The notes beneath the pieces are model-generated. The model ran no database searches. It was not told where the DNA came from and saw only the letters and a program-made list of their open reading frames with translations. A program made the translations under genes and the position numbers. Shown here in pieces: positions 36,052 to 44,246 of a DNA stretch of 44,246 nucleotides. Location: the sequence record KY435490; one strand, written 5' to 3'. This DNA is from Escherichia phage K1E. Each line of letters starts with the position of its first letter. The stretch's first letter is position 1.

Positions 36052-38679
36052 TTATGCGAAACAATAGTCTGAAACTAAGATTTCGTTAAGGTCAAACTCT
36101 CCTTGCTCTGGTACTTGGATTCCGGTGTCTACTAACCAACGCTCTTCGTGCACATCTAGCAGGTTTTGCAGGGCATTATGGTTTTGATACATCTTAACCA
36201 TTTCTTCCCTTAAGCTATCCCGCAGGTCTGCGGTACGTCCTGCATGAGTACCGAAAGAATCATGGATGACTGCAATGGATGTAATACCTTTATCCACTAG
36301 GTCACATACAGTCAGAATCAGGTGGCTAGCATCGTGACCATGGACGAAGTTAGGAGCAGCCGCACCCATCATTGCCGTTTCATCAACTACATCTGTTTCA
36401 ATCTGGAGACTCATCTTGATTTCACCCATCAAGCAAGTGGATACGCGGAGCATATCGGTAGCCATTATCTTTTGTTGCAAGATGAAGCCAGTTGGTAAGG
36501 GATATTCTAAGCCTTCGTTTCTTTTAGCTGCGAAACGTGCAAGCTGACGAATCATTTTCATTGCCACTATAGGAGCTTTAACCACTTCCGAAATAGAAGG
36601 CCAGATTAAAGCTGTCATATAGTTATAAGCTGCGCTAGGTGTCAGGCTATCTTTGCGGTCATTATCAAAAGGATGTACAGGATTGGCGGTACGCCCTTCC
36701 GCAATAGCCCGTTGGGCCTCTTTTTCTTCCAAATCAACGATATAATCAATCACTGACTCACGGCAGGTTAGACGTGTGCTGCCGTAAGGTAGTGTCATTA
36801 CGGGCTTTTTGGTCAGGCCGCGAGTGATTCCTATCATATCCCACGCACTAGCCATGCTACGCAGTTCCGCACCTGTTAAAGTCACGCTGCCAGAAGTGAA
36901 GGTTTCCGCATCCTCTGCATTCATGTATGCATAATTCTTCTGAATTACTACCTGCGCAACGGCACCATAAATATCTTGAGGGGAGTCAGAGGGCTTAAGG
37001 TTTACCGCTTTCGCACCTACTGCATCGCGTAGCATAGCACTGTAGTGCTGGATACCAGAACAACTACCATCTTGATGGACTGGGAGGTGCGTCATGAATT
37101 GGTCTTGCGTGCCTTCATCCAGTGCATCCAGATAACGCGCATATTCAAAGCACCATGCAAGGAAGCCGTAAGGGGAGTCGGCATTTACCCATTGAGTGAA
37201 GGTCAGCGGATCCGCTGCAATGTCGCGGCACATGTCTTGAAATTCACTATCCAGCACGTTAGCGGTGCGCACGTCAAAAGTTTTCTTATCCCAACCCCAG
37301 TTATTAGCCCCGTTCACCAAAAACCACTTAAGCGCCTCAGCGCTATCAAGACGCTGCCCTTCGGTAAAACGGAGCAATGCCTTGCCTAAGTCGTTTGATT
37401 GCGGAGAGAGCGTGCTAGATTGCGCGTAGACGCGGCTGCGGCTGTCCAGAGCATACACGAAGTATATTGCGTCAAATTGGCTGTATTTACGGGCCTGCCC
37501 TACCATGCGGACGGTCGCCGCCGATTTGCTGCCGCGCTTAGTCTCAGCGGTATACAGCTTGGTGCATTCACCTTTCCAGTTGATGAAGGCTTGCCATTGT
37601 TCCGGTGTTAACATTTCTTTCAGTTCACGGCCTCGCAGGTGCTGGAACTCTAACGGCACCGGATTAGCTGGCTTGTTCTCGCGGTCGATGAGTGGTTTGA
37701 AGGAAGGTACGCCATAGCCTAAATCAAGCCGTATTACGTCCTCAACAACCTGTAAAACTTCCTTGTTAACCTGCCATTTAGTCGCCTGCAAAGCGTTAAC
37801 AGCCTTGTAAACCGCTGGCATTTGCTTTTTGGTCAGCTTGCGGACGTGTTCACGGCTGCCTTTAACAAGACGCACACGACTTGCTACCTTCTCAGTGTGA
37901 AAACCGCCATTAAAAGGAGAAACCCACGGACGCGGAGGTATAACGCAAGGTGCATAAGCCGGGCTAAGTTGCGCTACATGTTCTTTAAATGCTGTAATCC
38001 ATTCCCCTACGTGTTCACTGGTCTGTAAGTAGTAAACGCCATGCTTGCCACCATTAGTGCGCAAGGTGCGAAGAAAGACAGGCTGACCATTGAAGAATAC
38101 ACTATTTTCCAGTATTTCTAGCAAGGTCATACCGATTTGTAGCAAGGTATCTTTAGGCCATGCCTCCCAACGGGAGAAATCCGCGTCACGGTCAGCAACA
38201 GATTTCTCAGCTACTACCGCTACGTTGTGCGCATGACGATAAGATTTAGTCTTGCTAGCCTTAAGCGACTTCTTCACTTTCTCAAAGTACTTAGCTGCGT
38301 GACCTTCCAGCTTGCTAAAACGTACTTGGTCTTCGATGCGGTCCGCTACATTCATAGCGATTGCTTGTAAGGTAACGTCTGTATTCAGCATATCCATAAC
38401 GATTTTCATCGTGATATATGCTGCCACTTCGTTTTCTACGCAGTTAATGAAAGCTAATGCACGCGGTGCACGACCTCTTTTACCTTCATACTCTTCCTTG
38501 TATGCCTGAATACCTTCAGCCATTGGCGCGATTAACTCGGACAATAAGCGGCGATTCCATGCCGTGTCTGATTCATTACCGGATGCAATCTGGCGTTGTT
38601 GGTCCGCTTCAAAGCGACGGATACCGCCGTTAAACATTTCTTCTTCAAGTTGAAGTTGAATAGCGTGTAGGTCTTGCAT
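36052..38679 (-). CDS. DNA-directed RNA polymerase, single-subunit, SP6-type
   Basis: 875 aa; [32 protein letters not shown]... closely resembles SP6 RNAP; motifs [40 protein letters not shown]; C-terminus ...DYCFA. Confidence 0.97.
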   Translation of the reverse strand: MQDLHAIQLQLEEEMFNGGIRRFEADQQRQIASGNESDTAWNRRLLSELIAPMAEGIQAYKEEYEGKRGRAPRALAFINCVENEVAAYITMKIVMDMLNTDVTLQAIAMNVADRIEDQVRFSKLEGHAAKYFEKVKKSLKASKTKSYRHAHNVAVVAEKSVADRDADFSRWEAWPKDTLLQIGMTLLEILENSVFFNGQPVFLRTLRTNGGKHGVYYLQTSEHVGEWITAFKEHVAQLSPAYAPCVIPPRPWVSPFNGGFHTEKVASRVRLVKGSREHVRKLTKKQMPAVYKAVNALQATKWQVNKEVLQVVEDVIRLDLGYGVPSFKPLIDRENKPANPVPLEFQHLRGRELKEMLTPEQWQAFINWKGECTKLYTAETKRGSKSAATVRMVGQARKYSQFDAIYFVYALDSRSRVYAQSSTLSPQSNDLGKALLRFTEGQRLDSAEALKWFLVNGANNWGWDKKTFDVRTANVLDSEFQDMCRDIAADPLTFTQWVNADSPYGFLAWCFEYARYLDALDEGTQDQFMTHLPVHQDGSCSGIQHYSAMLRDAVGAKAVNLKPSDSPQDIYGAVAQVVIQKNYAYMNAEDAETFTSGSVTLTGAELRSMASAWDMIGITRGLTKKPVMTLPYGSTRLTCRESVIDYIVDLEEKEAQRAIAEGRTANPVHPFDNDRKDSLTPSAAYNYMTALIWPSISEVVKAPIVAMKMIRQLARFAAKRNEGLEYPLPTGFILQQKIMATDMLRVSTCLMGEIKMSLQIETDVVDETAMMGAAAPNFVHGHDASHLILTVCDLVDKGITSIAVIHDSFGTHAGRTADLRDSLREEMVKMYQNHNALQNLLDVHEERWLVDTGIQVPEQGEFDLNEILVSDYCFA

Positions 38680-38742
38680 CTTGTTTACTCCTAGTGAAAG
38701 AAACCTTAATAGGTGACACCTAAGAAGATGCCACCGATAAGG

Positions 38743-39627
38743 TTACTTAGTTAATTCTTCTACTGCCTCAGAGATTAAGGGCCATGCTTCATGGCCTTCG
38801 CCGTAGCCTAGCTTAACCAGTTCGCGGCGTGCCTTGTTAACTGCTGTTTTCTTCGTTGCCTCCTCAGCGCTTAAACCTAAGCGAGCATAGAAGCAGGAAG
38901 ATTTGAATTGCGGCAGCATAGGCGCGGCTGCCTTCTTGCTTTCGCGTGCGCTACTTAAGGAGGCGATGCGGTCATTGGCTGCCTGTAATTGCTCGGTCAG
39001 TGCCTTAATTTGTGCTAAGAGGCTAGCCATAGCGGTGTTTTCGGTATTAGCCGTGTTATCCAGCGGCGCTGCCTTTGGCGCTTCCGGTTTGCTTTCCTCT
39101 TCCCAAGGTGCTGATTCGTCGGCCTCCTGCTCGCTCGCGGGTGGCACTACCTGCGGCGCTTGCATTTCCTGTGATTCTGCGGACTCAGTCGCGTTCTCCT
39201 GCGGTTTTACTGTCTCAGCCTTAGATTGTACCGTTTCGGCCTTTGACTCTTTCTTAGGTTCAATCAGGGCGTTTACGGCATTAGTGTCCAGCTTGCCATC
39301 TGCGGCGAGTTCTGCGGCCTTCTCCATGATTATATTTTCATCAGCGAAAGGAACAAGCGCCAGCATTACACGCATCGCCACGCCTTTAAAGCGATCATCG
39401 CCTTCAAAGACACGGGCTACACTCATCAGCTTGTAACATTGTGCCTTCTTAATGGCAAACTCTGCTTCAACATAGGCTAAAAACTCTTTTTGACCTTCAA
39501 AGTCTCCGCGTAACTCATTCAGACAAGCCCCTACTTTGATGTAAGAAGTGCCAATATTGTCTAAATGTTGCTTGATTTCAGCGGTTGCAGCTTCACGGAC
39601 AGACACGAGGGTGTTTTCAGTAGTCAT
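38743..39627 (-). CDS. Hypothetical early protein (294 aa) with a central acidic low-complexity region
   Basis: ATG at 39627 after AAGGTGA; sits at the T7 gene 0.7 position but has no kinase motifs. Confidence 0.65.
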   Translation of the reverse strand: MTTENTLVSVREAATAEIKQHLDNIGTSYIKVGACLNELRGDFEGQKEFLAYVEAEFAIKKAQCYKLMSVARVFEGDDRFKGVAMRVMLALVPFADENIIMEKAAELAADGKLDTNAVNALIEPKKESKAETVQSKAETVKPQENATESAESQEMQAPQVVPPASEQEADESAPWEEESKPEAPKAAPLDNTANTENTAMASLLAQIKALTEQLQAANDRIASLSSARESKKAAAPMLPQFKSSCFYARLGLSAEEATKKTAVNKARRELVKLGYGEGHEAWPLISEAVEELTK

Positions 39628-39690
39628 AGTAATCACCTTATATAGTGTAAGTAAATATCACATAGCCCACTCAGGTAGGCTATAGGCTAG

Positions 39691-39876
39691 TTACTCTTTC
39701 CATAAGTGTCTTAGTGTTTTGTTGCAGTACTCGTAGGTGTTGCTCTTGCTGCACAAGTTGAACTTTTTGGCCCAGTCTTGCTGGGCTTGTTCTACTTTAT
39801 AAGCGTCATAACCAGCTTTAGCGGTAAATGCCAGAGCAAGAGAAGCCAACAAGAAGCATCCAATCAAGGTTTTCAT
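39691..39876 (-). CDS. Small secreted protein (61 aa, N-terminal signal peptide)
   Basis: MKTLIGCFLLASLALAFTAKA... signal peptide; AGGAG RBS. Confidence 0.5.
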   Translation of the reverse strand: MKTLIGCFLLASLALAFTAKAGYDAYKVEQAQQDWAKKFNLCSKSNTYEYCNKTLRHLWKE

Positions 39877-39944
39877 AATCTCAACTCCTAGTAAGTGAAA
39901 GTTTAATCAGGCGCTACCGTAGCAACGCCTTGTTAAGTCTTCTC

Positions 39945-39962
39945 TTATAGTGTCAGCTAAAT
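39945..39962 (-). promoter_or_regulatory. Promoter-like sequence (ATTTAGCTGACACTATAA) upstream of early genes and the RNAP
   Basis: Close to the SP6 consensus but with A at +1. Confidence 0.35.
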
Positions 39963-40068
39963 AGCTTGTATGTAGTTCCTAGTACTTCCTCACGAATCTG
40001 CGCAAATCGTAAGGAACATTTCAGGGTTACACCGTCTGAGAAGATAAAGTTATATTGCCTTTCCATCT

Positions 40069-40425
40069 TTATTCTTCCTCCTCTTCTTCTGAATCCTCAG
40101 CGGAATCGATGTACGCATCAATCATATCTTGAACACGTTCCCATAAATCAATGGTGAGTTGTTCATAAATACGGGCTTGTAGTACGACCGTCACATCCTT
40201 AGTGTCTGGCATTAAGCCAGAATCCTCGAAGAAGTGGTCGATGCCTTCACTGGCCATCACCGAGAAGATGTCAGCATAATAGATTGGTACAGCACTATCC
40301 GCCACCTCATGGATTGCATCATGTGCGTTATCGATACAATCAATAGCATCATCCCAGATACGTTCAACTAATGCAGCATGAGCGGTGTTGTAAACCTGAG
40401 AGTAAGTCATATTAGACATAGCCAT
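40069..40425 (-). CDS. ocr: Ocr-like DNA mimic (T7 gp0.3 homologue)
   Basis: MAMSNMTY...[44 protein letters not shown]...[15 protein letters not shown]... strongly resembles T7 Ocr; ATG at 40425 after GAGGA. Confidence 0.85.
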   Translation of the reverse strand: MAMSNMTYSQVYNTAHAALVERIWDDAIDCIDNAHDAIHEVADSAVPIYYADIFSVMASEGIDHFFEDSGLMPDTKDVTVVLQARIYEQLTIDLWERVQDMIDAYIDSAEDSEEEEEE

Positions 40426-40846
40426 GTTATTAATCCTCATTTAGTTAGTTAGGTTACATTATAGGAGACTCAAGAGAATCTCCTAGGTTTAACCTATCCA
40501 GACTAAGAAGCGACTACCCATATTGTTAAAGAGCGTGGCTTGTGCTTGATAGGCTGGCTAGTGCCAGCCTTATCTTTCCTACTTAATTGCAGCCTTACAT
40601 GACTGTATCCAATGCTCCACGGCATCTGCCAAGTTGTCATACACCATAGCAGCTATTCCGTGATTCACTTCATACTCTTCGGAAGATACTTAGTTATGCT
40701 GATACTTACGCCGTTGATTGTAGTGGTAACGATTAAAGTTTCCATGATAATTTACCTTTCTGTTAGTAAGCCTATCAAGACACAAACCAGATTGTTAAAG
40801 GGCTAGGTTAGTGCCTTGATAGGCCAGCTATTAAGCTGGCTTATTG

Positions 40847-41059
40847 CTACAATTCTCCATCATTCAGTGCTTTAAGCCATCTGTAACCAGTGGCCTTACT
40901 CACATTAAGATACATGTTACAGAAGTCCACGAACTCATCATGTGTTGGCTGTTTGTCTGCCTTATAGTGTGCAAGCAGTACAGCCATCTTCTTGATAATC
41001 CGCTTCTCTTGTTTCTCACGTTCCATGCGTAATTCGTGAGCGATGTCGCAGTAGTTCAT
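40847..41059 (-). CDS. Hypothetical early protein (70 aa) with a C-terminal HTH-like segment
   Basis: ...VSKATGYRWLKALNDG. Confidence 0.45.
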   Translation of the reverse strand: MNYCDIAHELRMEREKQEKRIIKKMAVLLAHYKADKQPTHDEFVDFCNMYLNVSKATGYRWLKALNDGEL

Positions 41060-41342
41060 AGTTCACCTTAGTAAGTAGTTAGCCTACCAAGCACTAGCCC
41101 GATTGTTAAAGAGCTAGAGATTAGACTCGCGGGTGTGCTGCCATCCTTACGCTATTGCTATCCATAACTGGGCTATAAAGCTGGGCAATCCTTTTGCCAC
41201 CAGTTTAATTGTGGGAAAGCCTCCTTGTCCCTCACACCGATACTCCCGGCCTAATCTCTATTGTTAAAGAGCGTGATGTTTAAAGACGTCGCCGTCTTGA
41301 TGCTTAATGTAACCTTGTATGCCGTGGTTGTCAATAGTTAAT

Positions 41343-41567
41343 TTAGAGATTTGTCGTGATTACTTCATCGTAATCATAATCTTCACTACCTAGATACTCA
41401 GTAATGACTTGGTTGTCATACTCAGATACTAAGGTAACTCGGTGGTATTCAGTGTCGTAATCTAGTAGGAAGTGATGTACATCAACACCTACGCCAGCTT
41501 GTAGCATATCATCGTGGAAGCGAATAGCTTCGCTAGATGATTCAAAAAATACCTCATGTTGATACAT
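41343..41567 (-). CDS. Hypothetical early acidic protein (74 aa)
   Basis: Start overlaps the upstream stop (TAATG). Confidence 0.45.
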   Translation of the reverse strand: MYQHEVFFESSSEAIRFHDDMLQAGVGVDVHHFLLDYDTEYHRVTLVSEYDNQVITEYLGSEDYDYDEVITTNL

Positions 41568-41746
41568 TATTTACCCTCCCTCAATTCATCTATCATGTTA
41601 CGGTATTGATTAACTGTATCGGTCCAACCTTCGTTAAGGAATCGGTGATACAAGGCTAACTCATCCTCCGTAAGTAATTCGTTGTTACGAATCATGTAGC
41701 ACAACAGAGTGAAGAGAACGGACAGTTCACGGTTATTTAATGTCAT
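41567..41746 (-). CDS. Hypothetical early protein (59 aa)
   Basis: ATG at 41746 after AGAGGGTG. Confidence 0.4.
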   Translation of the reverse strand: MTLNNRELSVLFTLLCYMIRNNELLTEDELALYHRFLNEGWTDTVNQYRNMIDELREGK

Positions 41747-41960
41747 GATTAGCACCCTCTTTAAGAACTTTGATAATGCGGTTATATGCAGTACCTGTAA
41801 TAACTAACTTCTTACCCATCTTAAGATCAATATAGTGCAGATACTTAGGCGAATAATCATAGTTATCTGGTGTGCGCATCTTACATAAGTCATAACCTTT
41901 ATCGAGGAAGTGCTGAATCTCATCAACTGGCATGTTGTACGCTTTTACTTGTACTTTCAT
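41733..41960 (-). CDS. Hypothetical early protein (75 aa), first gene after the terminal region
   Basis: ATG at 41960 after GAGGGA. Confidence 0.45.
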   Translation of the reverse strand: MKVQVKAYNMPVDEIQHFLDKGYDLCKMRTPDNYDYSPKYLHYIDLKMGKKLVITGTAYNRIIKVLKEGANHDIK

Positions 41961-42183
41961 AGTTAATCCCTCATTCAATAAGTAATTAACCACGGCATAC
42001 ACAGGTTACACTAAGCAAATTGTTAAAGAGCATTGCGCTAACCTTGGTTTATCGTGGTAGGTTATGCTTGCGCCATCTTCCACTATCTAACATTGTTTAA
42101 CGGCTTCAGTAGCTAGGCCGGATAGTTAAGGACGCTCTCTATCATTCACCCTGAGTGTTTAATGTCGCTCCCGACTGATTGCT

Positions 42184-42212
42184 AATGTATACCTGTTAAC
42201 TGCCTATGTCAA
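42184..42212 (-). promoter_or_regulatory. Candidate host sigma70 early promoter (TTGACA-N17-TACATT)
   Basis: Perfect -35 hexamer and 17-nt spacer on the coding strand, about 220 nt upstream of the first early gene. Confidence 0.4.
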
Positions 42213-42259
42213 CACTAAATTTAACTAAGATAGATTATTTATGTGATACATGTCACAAC

Positions 42260-43095
42260 TACTAAGATAAACCTAGGTTGTCTAACATGTGAGACTAAGG
42301 AAAGCAATAGATACAGAGCTAGGATAGACTAGGTTGGCTAGGTTTCTGGTGTTCCTCCTACTGCATCTTATTACTATTACTTCTTATTAGCGGTCTACCG
42401 ACCGCGACCTAATTGCATCTTATAGCTTTAGCTATGCAATCACTAAGATCTGGCACTAAGACTAACTAAGGTACACTACTAAGTTGATACTAAGCTAAGC
42501 ACTAAGGCTTTAACTAAGGTAGCCCACTAAGGCTAACCTAAGCCATCCATCAAGGAATAACCTAAGGTACACAAGCGCGGTGAGTGTAGCGTAACGTAGT
42601 GGAGCGAAACGAACAGATAGCCCACCCACGCCCACCCTGTCAAACGCTCAGGAATGGCCCTAAAACGGCCTGTGTAAGCCCTAAGCGGTTGCACTAAGGC
42701 AATCACCTTGTCCAATACTAAGGCGTGCCCTAGCGCTTCCTAGGCGTTCTCCTTGTGCAGCCACTAAGAGCAGACCTCGGCAAGCCCTAGGCCACCCGTC
42801 GAAGACGGACCAGCCCAGCCCAATTCCCAAGCCAACCGCAGCGCGGCCCCATATGGGGGAAATCCGGCGAGGGCGAGGGCGAGACACCTCACACACGCCT
42901 ATATCAAAATTTTGACTTTGGTTACTTTGTGAGCGACCTCCGTATCTTCTCGTCCCTTATTTGGTCTTCACTAAGAATGTACCTCTTACGACCTAGGACA
43001 TCACTGAGTATACACAACAAAGATAACATACCTACACCCTCCTTTGATGGCACTAAGAGCAAACCTAGGTCTGCCCTTGTGTACACTAAGATATT
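42260..43095. repeat. Terminal-region repeat arrays of (C)ACTAAG(G)/CCTAAGG short motifs flanking a GC-rich island
   Basis: About 17 copies of ACTAAG in a noncoding stretch; analogous to T7 CCTAAAG arrays beside the terminal repeat. Confidence 0.5.
42280..42295. repeat. Palindrome-like GTCTAACATGTGAGAC (copy 7, one mismatch)
   Basis: In the terminal noncoding region; its flank is an inverted copy of the copy-5 flank. Confidence 0.45.
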
Positions 43096-43102
43096 AACCT
43101 GC

Positions 43103-43252
43103 TTAAGCAGAAGATGCAGAAGGTTTCTTCAAGGCACGACGTTGTACATCCTTGGCAATGGCGTATGCCTGCTTAGGGTCACGTCCTGATTGAATAAGTT
43201 CTTCTGCGTTCTGGCGTACAGCAGCTTGCTTAACTGATTTTATTAGTGGCAT
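43103..43252 (-). CDS. Possible small basic protein (49 aa) overlapping the last 23 nt of the endosialidase gene
   Basis: ATG 4 nt after GAGGAG; MPLIKSVKQAAVRQNAEELIQSGRDPKQAYAIAKDVQRRALKKPSASSA; below the ORF-track size cutoff. Confidence 0.2.
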   Translation of the reverse strand: MPLIKSVKQAAVRQNAEELIQSGRDPKQAYAIAKDVQRRALKKPSASSA

Positions 43253-44246
43253 ACATCTCCTCTAATTTATCAAGACGATGGCGAGTATAGGCAGCCTCTA
43301 GGATTAGAACTTCACTATATCTCACACCGTACCTACCTTCTTCGAAGGACACAATTCCATACTTAATGGCATCTAACCCTTCATCTTCAAAAGCAGCTAC
43401 AATATCCTGAGCCAAGACACCGAAGTGTATGCTATCAAGGTTCCTCTCTGCTTCACTATTCAAACCATACTGTTTAAAACCAACCCTGCTCCAAGCCTTT
43501 AACACCTTGGTATTAATACTAGAGATACCGTACTTGTGGTCAGCATCTGAAGTTGTAACAGGGTCACTGCCTAGGTAGATGGTAGTGAATCGGTTACTAG
43601 GCCCCCCAGCAGCAAACTGGTTATCTACAGCAGGCATGATTGGTGCACCTTGGAATAGGTGCTCATTTCCGTTATAAGTGATACGCTTAGCCTTACTTGA
43701 ATTAGAGCCGTGCAAAGTTATCTGTGCACCTGAAGAGGACGAAGTCTTTTCTCCACCACAAATAATCAAACGTTGACCAGTTGGGTTGTCCTTTGGAACA
43801 GACTTACCAATAAAGCCATATTCACCTTCCATCTGCACTTCAGATCGTATATTGGAACTTGTGCTTGCTTTAAGTGTTAAGTGTCCAACTTTAGTATCCT
43901 CTGTAACAATGTTATCTGAGAAATACAAAGGTGCAGAGATATTTCGTATTCCATCAGTACCCATGAAAGTAGGTATAGCTTGACCCGGAGTTGCACCATA
44001 TGTAAACTTACGAGATACACGATTGTCATTTGCAATCTGCATCTTATAGCAGTATATATCAGTAGGGTGTCCATGACCTTTAAATGGGTCTTTATCTTTG
44101 TTGTCACCATAAGTCATTGGGTTGAAATGGTTTTCACCACCAAAGATATAGTAAATGTAGCTGTCTTTAACTACAACAGAACCTACACCTACACTAGAGT
44201 TCACAATGTCACCTTGATAGATTTGGTCTGTGATGTTAACCCATTC
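43230..44246 (-). CDS. Endosialidase tailspike, C-terminal part (same gene as 1..1651; 44015..44246 duplicates 1..232)
   Basis: Track ORF 43230..44204 is open up to the window end; frame matches the N-terminal segment after removing the 232-bp duplication. Confidence 0.88.
   Translation of the reverse strand, partial: EWVNITDQIYQGDIVNSSVGVGSVVVKDSYIYYIFGGENHFNPMTYGDNKDKDPFKGHGHPTDIYCYKMQIANDNRVSRKFTYGATPGQAIPTFMGTDGIRNISAPLYFSDNIVTEDTKVGHLTLKASTSSNIRSEVQMEGEYGFIGKSVPKDNPTGQRLIICGGEKTSSSSGAQITLHGSNSSKAKRITYNGNEHLFQGAPIMPAVDNQFAAGGPSNRFTTIYLGSDPVTTSDADHKYGISSINTKVLKAWSRVGFKQYGLNSEAERNLDSIHFGVLAQDIVAAFEDEGLDAIKYGIVSFEEGRYGVRYSEVLILEAAYTRHRLDKLEEMYATNKIS

Noticed and set aside
39630-39655. Promoter-like ATTTACTTACACTATATAAGG upstream of the 294-aa early gene
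   Set aside because: One base short in the -8 to -12 region and no G at +1; overlaps the RBS.
42533-42896. Minus-strand ORFs 42533..42715 and 42681..42896
   Set aside because: They lie in the GC-rich repeat-bearing terminal island, have no RBS and give Arg/Gly/Ala-rich translations typical of spurious GC-rich ORFs.
1-44246. CRISPR arrays, tRNA or rRNA genes, integrase or transposase
   Set aside because: No regularly spaced direct repeats with unique spacers, no cloverleaf-like tRNA candidates spotted by eye, and no integrase or transposase motifs; consistent with a strictly lytic phage. tRNAs cannot be fully excluded without a dedicated scan.

Overview
The window is a complete, reverse-complemented and circularly permuted genome of an SP6-like podophage of the K1E/K1-5 type (unit length about 44,014 bp). 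Bases 1..232 are an exact copy of 44015..44246, and the duplication lies inside the tailspike gene. Nearly all genes are on the minus strand, in T7/SP6 order from high to low coordinates: small early genes including a T7-type Ocr homologue, an SP6-type single-subunit RNA polymerase, a replication block (primase/helicase, DNA polymerase, SSB-like protein, exonuclease, endonuclease VII, ligase), a structural block (portal, scaffold, capsid, tail tubular A/B, three internal virion proteins, tailspike adaptor), holin, HNH endonuclease, terminase small/large, an endolysin/spanin cassette, and a K1-capsule endosialidase tailspike that spans the window junction. About a dozen phage promoters fit the consensus ATTTAC(T/C)GGACACTATAG. 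The observations most worth a second look are a GTCTCACATGTGAGAC palindrome family (7 copies, all intergenic), a 13-mer repeated five times between early genes, apparent single-base frameshifts in the portal and phosphoesterase genes, a GNAT acetyltransferase module, and a repeat-rich GC-rich region that probably holds the true genome termini. All protein identifications are from reading the translations by eye; no database search was run.
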